Source: an uncultured Acidimicrobiia bacterium (lineage in GTDB: Bacteria > Acidobacteriota > Terriglobia > Versatilivoradales > Versatilivoraceae). From it: DNA of 64,000 bases. The stretch covers positions 544,001-608,000 of the forward strand of contig CAWBAT010000004.1 of the NCBI GenBank assembly GCA_963786955.1, written 5' to 3'. The position numbers and the translations under genes are program-made. Below are positions 51,219 through 61,554 of the stretch, one piece after another. Under the pieces are notes generated by a model. That model saw nothing but the letters and a program-made list of their open reading frames with translations. It made no database searches and had not been told where the DNA came from. Each line of letters begins with the position of its first letter. Position 1 is the stretch's first letter.

Positions 51219-52052
51219 CTAGAGGAGATCATAGAATTTCGAGGCATTTCCCCCCATGAAGGCATCCCATTGGGCTTGATTCGCACTAGATCTCAGGATT
51301 GTTTCCGGCAATTTCATGACCTGGCCGTAATCACCAGCCATAAGGCAAACCGGCCAGTCGCTTCCCCAGCAGATCCGATCCCAGCCGAAGACGTTAAGAA
51401 CATGCTCCAGATAGAAGATAAAATCCGTTTCTCCCCAGTGCTGGTGGTCGGATTCGGTGATCAACCCGGAAATCTTGCAGTAAATATGAGGCGATCGAGC
51501 CAATTCTTTCATTTGGCTGGCCCAAGGTTCTCGGATCCCTGCCTTGATATAAGGCTTTGCAATATGATCCACGATGATTGGCAGTTCGGGAAGCCGATCT
51601 ACCAAGCGCAATGCATTCTCTAATTGGTGGGGCTTCACGAGGAGATCATAGGTCAATCTGGCCTCATGAAGCATCTTCAAACCTCGAATCACTTCCGGTT
51701 GCAACATCCAGTTGGCGTCTGGTTCGTCCTGAATGAGATGTCTCACCCCTTTGAACTTGAGGTTCCCTTTCAGCTTCTCGAGGGTCTTCTCTAGATCGGA
51801 TTCTTTTAAGTCTACCCACCCCACAACTCCCAGGATCAAGTTCGACTTTTCCGCGATTCGCAACAACCAGCGCGTTTCTTCGAGACTTTGATGGGCTTGA
51901 ACGAGGACGGTCCCGGAAATGTGAGAGGATTGGACTGTCTTCACCAAATCGTCTTCAAGGAAATTCCGATAGAGTGGTTTCAATTCGGGAGACATCCAAG
52001 GATAATCCCGGAGCCTCAAATTCCAGAGATGATGGTGGGAATCGATGATCAT
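51219..52052 (-). CDS. Amidohydrolase family protein (L-fuconolactonase-like)
   Basis: IDSHHHLW, GVVGWVDL, VDHIAKP, CKISGL, WGSDWPV. Confidence 0.88.
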   Translation of the reverse strand: MIIDSHHHLWNLRLRDYPWMSPELKPLYRNFLEDDLVKTVQSSHISGTVLVQAHQSLEETRWLLRIAEKSNLILGVVGWVDLKESDLEKTLEKLKGNLKFKGVRHLIQDEPDANWMLQPEVIRGLKMLHEARLTYDLLVKPHQLENALRLVDRLPELPIIVDHIAKPYIKAGIREPWASQMKELARSPHIYCKISGLITESDHQHWGETDFIFYLEHVLNVFGWDRICWGSDWPVCLMAGDYGQVMKLPETILRSSANQAQWDAFMGGNASKFYDLL

Positions 52053-52234
52053 GACGACCCCTCGCTGCACACTTGGCAATCAAAGGAATTATACCTGTGA
52101 TGGTTTGAATGACGGCACCAGAAATGAGACCGGTTCGAAAAATTTCAGCAGACGGACAATTCGGTTTTCGTTGTTTCTTTGAACGTTCAGGCGAGGTAAA
52201 ATGTGAACGTTTGCGACCGAAGCCTTGAGGGATT

Positions 52235-53242
52235 ATGGAAGCTCTTCGTATTCAAAACATTATCGTCAATCCACCGACTTTTCTCTCCCCTATGGCGGGG
52301 CTCACTGATAGCGTCTTTCGCCGGCTGATCAAGCGGCTGGGAGGATGCGGTCTGGTGATGACCGAATTTACCAGCGCAGAGGGGTTGACTCGTAACTCTT
52401 TCAAAAGTAAACGGATGCTTTGCTTTCACGAAGAGGAAAGACCCGTTACGGCACAACTTTTCGGAGCCGACCCGACCCGGCTGGCTGATGCAGCCCGAAT
52501 GGTAGTAGACCTGGGATTCGACGCGATAGACCTGAATCTTGGCTGCCCTGCGAAAAAAGTTGTAAAGGCATGTGGCGGGTCTGCCCTGTTGCGGGAGTTG
52601 AAATTACTGGAAGAGATTCTCCGGGTGATACGAAGAACTACCACGCTCCCTTTTACAATTAAAATCCGGGCCGGTTGGAGCGAAGACGAAATTGTGTCTC
52701 AGCGAGTCGGAAAGATGGCACAAGAAATTGGAGTTGACGCCATCGCATTTCATCCGAGAACTCGACTGCAGGGTTTCTCAGGTCATTCGGACTGGCGCCT
52801 CATCGCTGAACTAAAAAGTAGCTTGAGTATCCCCGTGATTGGTAACGGTGATATTGTGGCCCCGGAGGATGCTTTCCGCATGATGCGAGAAACTCAATGT
52901 GATGGGGTCATGATCGGTCGAGGTGCTCTGAGCAATCCCTGGATTTTCCGACAGATTGAAGAGATCAGACACGGACTACCCCCGACACAGGCCACGGTGG
53001 AAGACAAATACAACCTCATTAAGAGTTATTTCCAGTTACTGTTTGAAGAAGAAACGCCAGGAGCCATTGGGAAGATGAAGCAATTTGCTTCTTGGTTCAC
53101 CCATGCAATCCCTTATGGAGCGGCTTTGCGGAAGTCGATTTACGAGTCCGAGAGCACTCGAGAAGTGATGGAGCGTATTGAGAATTTCTTCCACGATGCT
53201 CTGAATCCATCCAAAGAAAATGCCGACCTTTCGGTCGCCTGA
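52235..53242 (+). CDS. dusB: tRNA-dihydrouridine synthase B
   Basis: SPMAGLTD, QLFG, DLNLGCP, GNGDI, MIGRG..NPWIF. Confidence 0.92.
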   Translation: MEALRIQNIIVNPPTFLSPMAGLTDSVFRRLIKRLGGCGLVMTEFTSAEGLTRNSFKSKRMLCFHEEERPVTAQLFGADPTRLADAARMVVDLGFDAIDLNLGCPAKKVVKACGGSALLRELKLLEEILRVIRRTTTLPFTIKIRAGWSEDEIVSQRVGKMAQEIGVDAIAFHPRTRLQGFSGHSDWRLIAELKSSLSIPVIGNGDIVAPEDAFRMMRETQCDGVMIGRGALSNPWIFRQIEEIRHGLPPTQATVEDKYNLIKSYFQLLFEEETPGAIGKMKQFASWFTHAIPYGAALRKSIYESESTREVMERIENFFHDALNPSKENADLSVA

Positions 53243-53268
53243 CTACGTCTTACTAGGAGTAAGCCCAC

Positions 53269-54450
53269 ATGCTGGAAGAAGTTTTGACCTCTGCCACAAT
53301 CCGAGAGACTGAAGATCAACACGGAGCGGGAACATATTACAAGCGTCCAATCGTCATCGTTCGGGGTCGGGGAGCGCACCTTTGGGATGAGTCCGGCCGA
53401 GAATACATCGACTGTGTTGGCGGGCAGGGAGCCGCAAACATCGGACACCAAAATCCCTACGTCAATAAAGCCATTCAGGAGCAGTCCCAAAAATTAATCA
53501 ACTGTACGGAGCTGTTCTACAACGATCAAAGAGCCCGTTTGTTGGAAAAGCTCGGGCAGATCTGCCCTTCTCCGATCTCCCGTTTTTTCTTGTGCAATTC
53601 TGGCGCCGAATCCATTGAAGGCGCCTTTAAGTTTGCTCGTTTGGCAACGGGCCGAACGGAGATAGTGGCCACCATGCGGGGGTACCACGGGAAAACCTTC
53701 GGGGCTCTCAGCGCAACATGGAATAAAGAATACCGGCAACCTTTTGAGCCATTGCTGCCGGGTTTTTCCCATGTCCCATTTGATAACCTTGAGAAGGCCC
53801 AGGAGGCCATCACCGAAAGAACCGCCGCGTTCATTGTAGAGCCAATCCAGGGGGAGAGCGGCGTGCGGCCGGGGTCTCGTGCCTACTTCCAAGGTATCCA
53901 GAAACGTTGCCGGGAAACAGGAACTCTTTTGATCCTCGATGAAGTGCAAACCGGTTTCTGCAGAACGGGTCGCATGTTTGCGCTTGAGCATTTTGGAGTA
54001 GAACCGGACATTCTCTGTCTGGCCAAGTCCCTCGCAGGGGGCATCCCCATGGGGGCTATTGGTCTCAGTGAAGCGGTAGCCTCAAAGCTATTCAAGCTTG
54101 CTCATACCTCGACTTTTGGCGGCAACCCTCTCGCTTGTGCGGCGGCCACTGCGGCGATTCAATACATGGAAGATTTTCACCTTGCTTCCCGCGCCGAAGA
54201 ATTGGGAAGGGAGTTCATGGCCATGCTACGGCAGATTAAATCTACCCGAATCCGCGAGGTTCGTGGTTTGGGTTTGATGGTCGGAATTGAGCTCAAGGAA
54301 AAAAGCGGCTCTCACATTCAGAAATTGATGGAGAAGGGGGTCCTTGTCCTGGGAGCCGGACCAACCGTGATTCGCTACCTACCGCCTTTGGTGATCGATC
54401 GCGAAGACTTGGCCCGGGTAGCTGAGCTGACCGGAGAAGTTTTGACCTAG
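53269..54450 (+). CDS. lysJ: Class III aminotransferase, LysJ/ArgD ([LysW]-aminoadipate semialdehyde transaminase-like)
   Basis: YIDCVGGQGAANIGH, GALSATWNKEYRQPF, DEVQTG, LAKSLAGG, STFGGNPL; near lysK. Confidence 0.75.
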   Translation: MLEEVLTSATIRETEDQHGAGTYYKRPIVIVRGRGAHLWDESGREYIDCVGGQGAANIGHQNPYVNKAIQEQSQKLINCTELFYNDQRARLLEKLGQICPSPISRFFLCNSGAESIEGAFKFARLATGRTEIVATMRGYHGKTFGALSATWNKEYRQPFEPLLPGFSHVPFDNLEKAQEAITERTAAFIVEPIQGESGVRPGSRAYFQGIQKRCRETGTLLILDEVQTGFCRTGRMFALEHFGVEPDILCLAKSLAGGIPMGAIGLSEAVASKLFKLAHTSTFGGNPLACAAATAAIQYMEDFHLASRAEELGREFMAMLRQIKSTRIREVRGLGLMVGIELKEKSGSHIQKLMEKGVLVLGAGPTVIRYLPPLVIDREDLARVAELTGEVLT

Positions 54451-54569
54451 GGAAACTGCAGCAAATAGTTCCATTGAATACAAGAACACCTAATCCTTTT
54501 TCGTTCAATGGCTCCAGGTGATTGCCACCCGCTGTCCGATGCCACATTGGGGGTTGGAAGGAGAAATTG

Positions 54570-55139
54570 ATGATGCGCGCGGCTTCATTTCAAAAGCATT
54601 TTTCACTTTGCATCTTTATGGCCTGGTCACTGCTGGGCGAAACCTATCCGGCTTCAGAAACTCAGACTTCCGCGGGAGACACCAAAGGGACCTCTCAATC
54701 GGACAGCAAAGAGAAGAAAGTGTACACCAACAGCGATCTGGAACGCCTCAAGACGACTCAGCCCATAAACCAAGACGCGGCAAAGAAAGATAATTCCGGG
54801 AAAAACCGAAGTTCAAATTCAGCACTGGACAATTATCGCGATATTCACGGGCACGACCGTGAGTACTGGCAGCAAAAATTACATCCGCTCCGCAGTAAAG
54901 TAAATCTTTTGGATTCGAAAATAACGGATCTGGAGAATAAGAAGGCTGAGCAAACCGTCAGTAGCGGACTTAAAGTCTCCAAGAGTGGCAAACTGCATGC
55001 AAGTTCCGGTGACCCTCAAGCTAAGTTACAACAGAAGATCGATGAATTGAAGCTGCAACGATATCAAGTATCTCGGGATATTGAAGATCTGGAAGAAAAG
55101 GCCCGGAAAGATCAAGCACTCCCGGAATGGCTGAGGTAA
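54570..55139 (+). CDS. Hypothetical secreted coiled-coil protein
   Basis: AAGGAG RBS, signal-like segment, KKVYTNSDL motif, C-terminal PEWLR. Confidence 0.7.
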   Translation: MMRAASFQKHFSLCIFMAWSLLGETYPASETQTSAGDTKGTSQSDSKEKKVYTNSDLERLKTTQPINQDAAKKDNSGKNRSSNSALDNYRDIHGHDREYWQQKLHPLRSKVNLLDSKITDLENKKAEQTVSSGLKVSKSGKLHASSGDPQAKLQQKIDELKLQRYQVSRDIEDLEEKARKDQALPEWLR

Positions 55140-55240
55140 GACATCCTTCTTGCCAGCCAACTCTTTGCTCTGCCGGAGACACCCTTCAGCTTGACTTATT
55201 CCCCCTTACATAGGAATTACATTCAAGAAGTCACAAAGGT

Positions 55241-56353
55241 GTGAGACCATTGGATCAGCAACCAAACCCAACTTTACCGGATTCAAAGGCAAACCAGAAA
55301 AGCCCTAGTGAAGAGGAACTGGACCTGTTAGTAAGAATGGTCGAAATTCCAAGCCCTTCTCACCATGAAGCAAAACTTTCTGCCTATCTGGTTGATTCTC
55401 TAAAGGCAAGAGGCTTTCATGCCTACCAGGACAACGTCAGCAACGCCGTCGGCATACTCGGTTCTGGAGAGAAGACCATTGTCCTGCTGGGCCACATGGA
55501 TACTGTCCCCGGAGACATCCGGGTGAGAATAGAAGAAGGTAAACTCTTCGGCCGTGGCGCGGTCGATGCCAAGGGCCCCTTGGCCTGTTTTATAAGTGCT
55601 GCCAGCCGCCTTCGGGATGAAGTGAACCACTTGAATAAGAAAATCATTTTAGTTGCCGCCGTTGAAGAAGAGGCTGCGACATCGCGCGGAGCTCATGAAG
55701 CTCTTCGAATGTTCAAATCTCCAAATTTCTGCATCATTGGTGAACCTAGCAGTTGGGATGCTGTTACGCTCGGGTATAAAGGACGCCTTTTGCTGGATTA
55801 CGAGCTGGAAATCCCAATGAAGCACACGGCGGCGCAGGGGAAGTTGGTTTGTGAGGAAACTATCGACTTCTGGAATCAAATCAAAGCCTGGTGTCACCCT
55901 CTTAACGAAGGAAAGGGACGCTTTGAAACAATTGACTGTACCATTCGCTCATTTAATTCCGAAAACAACGGGATTCACGAACGGGCGAAAGTAAAGCTTG
56001 GATTCCGCTTGCCGGTGCATTTTCCTTTGAAGGAGTTCAAAATTTTTCTGGTTGATGCTGCCGGAGCTGCACAACTCAATTTTTCGGGCGAGGAGGTTGC
56101 GGTGCGAATGGGGAAGTCGAATCCTTTGGTCAAATCTTTCCTTCAGTCGATTCGCGCTCATCAAGGGTCGCCCAAATTCAAAGTGAAAACTGGCACGTCT
56201 GACATGAATGTCGTGGCACCGCAGTGGAACTGCCCTCTGCTCGCCTACGGGCCAGGCGACTCTTCACTGGACCACACCCCGCATGAACATATCGAAATCG
56301 AGGAATACGGAAAGTCCATCGACGTGTTAGAATCGGTGTTGCGAACCATATAA
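55241..56353 (+). CDS. lysK: [LysW]-lysine/ornithine hydrolase (M20)
   Basis: LLGHMDTVPG, GRGAVDAKG, IGEPS..TLGYKG, KTGTSDMN, YGPGDSSLDHTP. Confidence 0.85.
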   Translation: MRPLDQQPNPTLPDSKANQKSPSEEELDLLVRMVEIPSPSHHEAKLSAYLVDSLKARGFHAYQDNVSNAVGILGSGEKTIVLLGHMDTVPGDIRVRIEEGKLFGRGAVDAKGPLACFISAASRLRDEVNHLNKKIILVAAVEEEAATSRGAHEALRMFKSPNFCIIGEPSSWDAVTLGYKGRLLLDYELEIPMKHTAAQGKLVCEETIDFWNQIKAWCHPLNEGKGRFETIDCTIRSFNSENNGIHERAKVKLGFRLPVHFPLKEFKIFLVDAAGAAQLNFSGEEVAVRMGKSNPLVKSFLQSIRAHQGSPKFKVKTGTSDMNVVAPQWNCPLLAYGPGDSSLDHTPHEHIEIEEYGKSIDVLESVLRTI

Positions 56354-56397
56354 TATCAACTCAATTTTCCAAGAGGCCGGCAAAAACCAAGGATCCC

Positions 56398-57249
56398 ATG
56401 TTAGAAATTCAGACCATCCCGGTTTTATCCGTAGCGCAAAAGGAGGAACAATTAGTTCGGATCTTGTCTGAACTGAAACGAGTAGTCATCGGGTTTAGTG
56501 GAGGCGTAGACAGCTCCTATCTGGCCTTTATGGCAAATCGCGTCCTGGGACAAAATGCACTTTGTGTCACGGCCATCAGTCCGTCCTACCCATCATTTCA
56601 GAAGAAAGAAACAGCGGAATTCGTAATGCAATTTGGTTTGAATCATCAAGTGATCGAGTCGAATGAACTCGAAAACCCCGAATACCGCGAAAACGCCCCA
56701 AATCGCTGCTATTTCTGCAAGAGTGAACTCTTCTCGAAACTTTGGGAGTTGGCGAAGGAAGGAGGCTATGAGGCTGTATTGGACGGGACCAACCACGACG
56801 ATCTCCAAGATTTTCGTCCTGGACGCAGAGCTGCGTCAGAATACTCGGTCCGGAGCCCACTGTTAGAAGCCCGAATGACTAAACTCGATATTCGAGAACT
56901 CTCCCAGAGATCAGGTCTCCCAACGTGGGAAAAGCCGGCTTTACCGTGCCTGTCTTCGCGTTTCCCCTACGGGACTTCAATCTCGGCGGAGAGACTTTCA
57001 GTGGTCGATCAAGGCGAAACGATCCTGCGGGATTTTGGCTTTCGTATCTTTCGAGTTCGTTACCATGGAGAACTCGTCCGCTTGGAATTTGATTCAGCAG
57101 AATTACCTAAAGCCTTGAACATGACAATGTCCAATATATTGGTAAAACGATTCAAGGCTCTTGGATTTAAATACGTCACTCTCGACCTCGAAGGCTATCG
57201 GTCCGGTTCCCTGAACGAGGTCTTGCCAATTGTTCAAGAACCCTCCTGA
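56398..57249 (+). CDS. larE: ATP-dependent sacrificial sulfur transferase LarE
   Basis: FSGGVDS PP-loop, RCYFCK, DGTNHDD..RPG, CLSSRFPYG, LDLEGYRSGSLN. Confidence 0.9.
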   Translation: MLEIQTIPVLSVAQKEEQLVRILSELKRVVIGFSGGVDSSYLAFMANRVLGQNALCVTAISPSYPSFQKKETAEFVMQFGLNHQVIESNELENPEYRENAPNRCYFCKSELFSKLWELAKEGGYEAVLDGTNHDDLQDFRPGRRAASEYSVRSPLLEARMTKLDIRELSQRSGLPTWEKPALPCLSSRFPYGTSISAERLSVVDQGETILRDFGFRIFRVRYHGELVRLEFDSAELPKALNMTMSNILVKRFKALGFKYVTLDLEGYRSGSLNEVLPIVQEPS

Positions 57250-57404
57250 GTTTCCCCCTCGCCGAGGATAATCCCTTGCGAACCTCAGCGTGTTTCGATT
57301 TAATTCCCGCATAATAGCCGGCTCCAAAAGCAGTTGTCTGCCGCAAGAAACTTCTATAGGATTGAGCCGCATTCGGCTCGACAAAATGGAAAACGAGGAA
57401 GAAT

Positions 57405-57866
57405 GTGATGGCTGACGAAAGTTTGAATAACGGCAGCGTTCAATCGTTCCGAAAGATTCAGTCGATCTACTTCTCAATTTTATTTTCGGTGGTGACTTAT
57501 CTCGGATTTGGATTGTGGCAACGCCCCACCCCTCATCTTTCAGGAGGAACGAAGGAGACCGCTGTCTTCACTCAGATCTTTTATTTCCTTAGTGCCGCGT
57601 TGATCGTATTGATATTTATTGTGCGTAGGAAAATATACCACCGACCTCCCATGATTTCTCCTTCTCCGCAGGAGGCCTTGAAACTGATGAACTTCTACTA
57701 TGTGGGTCACTTGTCAATCTATGTTCTTTGCGGAGCGATTGGGTTGTTGGGGCTTCTTCTTTTATTTATGACGGGTTTGGTTCAGCGTTTCTTAAATTTA
57801 TCGCTCGTGTCCATTCTCCTGATGGTCATACTCTATCCCCGTAAAATTGCGGAAGGTAATCAATGA
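57405..57866 (+). CDS. Hypothetical membrane protein
   Basis: Four hydrophobic segments; overlaps the purD start (ATGA). Confidence 0.7.
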   Translation: MMADESLNNGSVQSFRKIQSIYFSILFSVVTYLGFGLWQRPTPHLSGGTKETAVFTQIFYFLSAALIVLIFIVRRKIYHRPPMISPSPQEALKLMNFYYVGHLSIYVLCGAIGLLGLLLLFMTGLVQRFLNLSLVSILLMVILYPRKIAEGNQ

Positions 57867-59167
57867 AAATTCTGGTGATTGGTTCGGGAGGCCGGGAACA
57901 CGCACTCTGCTGGGCACTCCGAAAATCAAAACGAGTTACCCAGATCTTCTGTGCCCCGGGCAACGGAGGCACAGCGGAGGTTGCGCAGAATATTCCTGTG
58001 GCGGCTCATCAAATAGAGGCGCTGGCCCAATTCGCAATACGGGAGGCAGTTGACTTGACCGTTGTGGGCCCTGAACTCCCCCTTACTTTGGGAATCGTAG
58101 ATGTTTTTGAGGAAAAAGGGCTTGCGATCATTGGGCCCAACGCGGCCGCTGCTCGCCTGGAGGGAAGCAAGATTTTTGCAAAAGAGTTCATGCAACGTTA
58201 TGGCATCCCTTCCAGCCCTTTTGAGAAAACGGGTTCCTGGAAGCAAGCGGTGGAAATTGTGCGCAGCGGGCATTTCGGCTTCCCAGTCGTGATCAAGGCA
58301 GATGGCCTGGCAGCAGGAAAAGGCGTCATTATCGCTCGGAACCTCAAGGAGGCAGAGTTGGCCATCAGCCAGATCATGGTTGAGAAAGCGCTTGGCTCAG
58401 CTGGAGACAATATTATCATCGAGCAGTTTCTTGAGGGCGAGGAGACATCGTTCCTTGTTTTTAGCGACGGAGTTCATGCGCTCCCGATGGTCACGGCCCA
58501 AGACCACAAGGCCGTATTTGATAATGACCAGGGGCCCAACACAGGAGGGATGGGCGCTTATTCAACGGATTGGATCTTAAGCCCGTCCGCGTGCCAGCAA
58601 GTCATGGAAAGGATTGTCAAGCCTACCCTGGAAGGAATGGCAGCGGAGGGGGCTCCTTTTCGAGGAATCCTTTATGTGGGCCTCATGCTGACTTCGGAAG
58701 GGATGACCGTACTGGAATATAACACGCGATTTGGAGACCCGGAAACCCAACCTATTCTCTTCAGGCTGAACAGTGACCTGGTTGAGGTGTTTGAGGGAGT
58801 CCGTGATCAAAATCTTGAGCGAATCACCCTTGACTGGGACCACGATACCAGCGTCTGCGTGGTGCTGGCGGCAGGTGGGTATCCTGGAGACTTCGAAAGA
58901 GGAAAGGCCATCAGCGGGATTGCCGAAGCTGAGACGTTGCCTGGAGTTAAGGTTTTTCATGGTGGCACAGAAAATCAAGACGGCAGCCCGATTTCAACTA
59001 GCGGTAGAGTCCTTGGAGTTACCGCAAAAGCCGAGAGCTTAAATGCAGCCATCGGTTTGGTTTACCAGGCTGTCGACCGTATTCACTTCGACCAAATGCA
59101 TTATCGCCGGGATATTGGCAGAAAAGGGTTAAGGAAAGAATCACTGCGAATGAAGGCAGATGGATGA
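57863..59167 (+). CDS. purD: Phosphoribosylamine--glycine ligase
   Basis: GSGGREHA, KADGLAAGKGV, QDHK..GPNTGGMG, RFGDPE. Confidence 0.97.
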   Translation: MKILVIGSGGREHALCWALRKSKRVTQIFCAPGNGGTAEVAQNIPVAAHQIEALAQFAIREAVDLTVVGPELPLTLGIVDVFEEKGLAIIGPNAAAARLEGSKIFAKEFMQRYGIPSSPFEKTGSWKQAVEIVRSGHFGFPVVIKADGLAAGKGVIIARNLKEAELAISQIMVEKALGSAGDNIIIEQFLEGEETSFLVFSDGVHALPMVTAQDHKAVFDNDQGPNTGGMGAYSTDWILSPSACQQVMERIVKPTLEGMAAEGAPFRGILYVGLMLTSEGMTVLEYNTRFGDPETQPILFRLNSDLVEVFEGVRDQNLERITLDWDHDTSVCVVLAAGGYPGDFERGKAISGIAEAETLPGVKVFHGGTENQDGSPISTSGRVLGVTAKAESLNAAIGLVYQAVDRIHFDQMHYRRDIGRKGLRKESLRMKADG

Positions 59168-59180
59168 CCCTGTTTAGGAC

Positions 59181-59909
59181 ATGAAGAAGACCCTTCTCGT
59201 GCTTACCGGCCTTCTCCTCTTGTACATTGGCTACGAATACTCCACTCTCCCGGATGTTTCTTATCTACGCAAGGAGAACCCCCTGGAAACTAATCTCATG
59301 CGACAACGCGAGGAGGAAGCGCGCGTTGGGGGGCGAAAGCTCCGCCGTCTTCAGACGTGGGTGCCACTTTCCTTGGTTCCAGACTACCTGATAACAGCGA
59401 TCTTGATAGGAGAAGATGATGCCTTCTACCAACATGAAGGTTTCGATCTCAATCAAATCAAAGAAACGTTCATTCGTAATTGGGAGAAGAAAGGTTTTGT
59501 TCGCGGAGGAAGCACGATCACCCAACAACTTGCAAAAAATCTGTATCTATCCACTTCGAAGACCCCGCTGCGCAAGATCAAAGAGTTTTTCATAGCACGA
59601 AGGCTGGAAGAGGCACTCACCAAGCGTCGAATCCTGGAAATCTACCTCAACGTAATTGAATGGGGAGAGGGAATTTATGGCGTAGAGGCTGCTTCCCATT
59701 TTTACTTCAATAAAACCACCACAGAGCTCACGGTGAAGGAGTCCGTGTTGCTGGCTGCAGTGATTCCTAACCCTCGTCGAATGAATCCAAAACAACCCAC
59801 CAAACGGGTTCAGCTCCGATTTAATCTCATCCTTGACCGTATGATTCAGTACGGCCATATTAATGAGGAACACTATAAGGAGGCAAAAATACCTCCTTCC
59901 TCAGAATAG
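59181..59909 (+). CDS. mtgA: Monofunctional peptidoglycan transglycosylase
   Basis: ED..FYQHEG, GGSTITQQLAKNL, RKIKE, KRRILEIYLN. Confidence 0.92.
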   Translation: MKKTLLVLTGLLLLYIGYEYSTLPDVSYLRKENPLETNLMRQREEEARVGGRKLRRLQTWVPLSLVPDYLITAILIGEDDAFYQHEGFDLNQIKETFIRNWEKKGFVRGGSTITQQLAKNLYLSTSKTPLRKIKEFFIARRLEEALTKRRILEIYLNVIEWGEGIYGVEAASHFYFNKTTTELTVKESVLLAAVIPNPRRMNPKQPTKRVQLRFNLILDRMIQYGHINEEHYKEAKIPPSSE

Positions 59910-60216
59910 GACCCTTTGGAGACAATAGAAAGATACTGTTCAATGTCTGGAATTCCCGCCCGCCTGATAATATTCCTTTAAAACCTTCAAGCCTTTCCTT
60001 AATTAATCTCTTCATCCCCATTTGTAGGAAGTAGCCCAGTCTCCCGGGCGGTCGCTTTTCGGACAATTTGTCCGATCAGAAGTGACCGATTTCATCTTTG
60101 TTGTTATCAAGTTATAGGTAATAAACAAGTTATTTTTGGCAGGCCATATGCTATTCAATGGGTGTCCGGTTGATCGAGGCAGGGCAACTGGCAAAGAGAT
60201 TTTGAGGAGAGATAAC

Positions 60217-61554
60217 GTGAGGACAGCAGAGATGACATACGAAAACGAAGTCTTAGATCTGATGGTAGAAACGGAACTTTACATCAAGTATCAATCGTAT
60301 GCCAAAGCCATTGAGCTTTTGGAAGATGCGCTAGAACGCTACCCACGTTATCTGCCTGCCAAACAAAGCCTTGAAGACATCTATCGGCGTACCGGCAAAT
60401 TTGACCGAGCCAACGAAATTGCCCGGGAGATTGCTTTGATTTCCGCCCAATTGGCAGATGAACGTTCCTCAAACAAAGGGACCGTTGAGGAAGTTGAGGT
60501 TCAGGCTCGGCGGAAGCAAGTGGAAAAGACCGACGCCATTATCAAGATGGTTTATGAATCCAACGAGTTAGGCGACATTTTAAAGAACTCGGCCCAACAA
60601 TTGGTCCAACACATCCCGGCAGACCGCTGCGTCATTATTTCCTTAGGGAAAGAAAAACCCGTAGCCAAGTATTTCGAATCCTGTGCCGAAGGAACAAGTT
60701 CCTGCTCAGCCCAGAAAACAGCCAAATTGAACTTTCTCCTTCTGAAAATGGTTTCGAATGGAATGGAACCCGTTGCCATTGACGAGACTCTCGGCGCGCC
60801 TTCCCTCTCCGCCCATGAAACGGTCCTCGATGAGTTCAAGATTCACGGGATCATGGCCTTCCCCCTTCTCTATAAGTCAGAGCTGATCGGAATCATTGTG
60901 GTTCATCGATGCACCAAGGGCGTTGCTTGGACAGAATCTGAAAAGACTCTCTTCTATACGGTATCCGGGCATATTGCGGTAGCTCTTAGCAATGCGCGTC
61001 AATTTAGCGCCATGCAGACCATGGCCATCACGGACAAGTTGACGAACGTATACAACCGAAGGTTTTTTGAAGAACGCATGCGGGTTGAACTCTCCAATGC
61101 ACGCCAGCAGAAGTTCCCCGTTAGTTTGGCTCTGTTGGACATCGACTATTTCAAGAAGGTCAATGACACCTTCGGACATGCAGCTGGAGACAAAGTTCTC
61201 TGCAAACTTGGTTTCGTTTTGAGCACGAACCTGAGAAAAGGTTCTGTCATCGCTCGCTATGGAGGCGAGGAGTTCGTGGTGATCTTACCCAACACCAAGT
61301 TGGATGTGGCTCATAAGATCATGGACGGGATCCGCAAGCTGGTCAGTGAAACATTTGCCACAGAAGCGGGGGATCCCATCACGGTCAGTATCGGTGTCCA
61401 AGAAACCTCTTTAGATAATCAGATCGATCTGGACGTCATTCAAAAAGAACTCATTGAGAAGGCAGACGCGTACTTGTACCAAGCCAAGAGAACCGGGCGA
61501 AATCGGGTGTGTTCGATTGCAGAAACTGAAGTGAATTCGGAGCCTACATGCTAA
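60217..61554 (+). CDS. TPR-GAF-GGDEF diguanylate cyclase
   Basis: N-terminal TPR-like helices, GAF, TDKLT, DIDYFKKVND, RYGGEEF; GTG start after AGGAG. Confidence 0.9.
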   Translation: MRTAEMTYENEVLDLMVETELYIKYQSYAKAIELLEDALERYPRYLPAKQSLEDIYRRTGKFDRANEIAREIALISAQLADERSSNKGTVEEVEVQARRKQVEKTDAIIKMVYESNELGDILKNSAQQLVQHIPADRCVIISLGKEKPVAKYFESCAEGTSSCSAQKTAKLNFLLLKMVSNGMEPVAIDETLGAPSLSAHETVLDEFKIHGIMAFPLLYKSELIGIIVVHRCTKGVAWTESEKTLFYTVSGHIAVALSNARQFSAMQTMAITDKLTNVYNRRFFEERMRVELSNARQQKFPVSLALLDIDYFKKVNDTFGHAAGDKVLCKLGFVLSTNLRKGSVIARYGGEEFVVILPNTKLDVAHKIMDGIRKLVSETFATEAGDPITVSIGVQETSLDNQIDLDVIQKELIEKADAYLYQAKRTGRNRVCSIAETEVNSEPTC

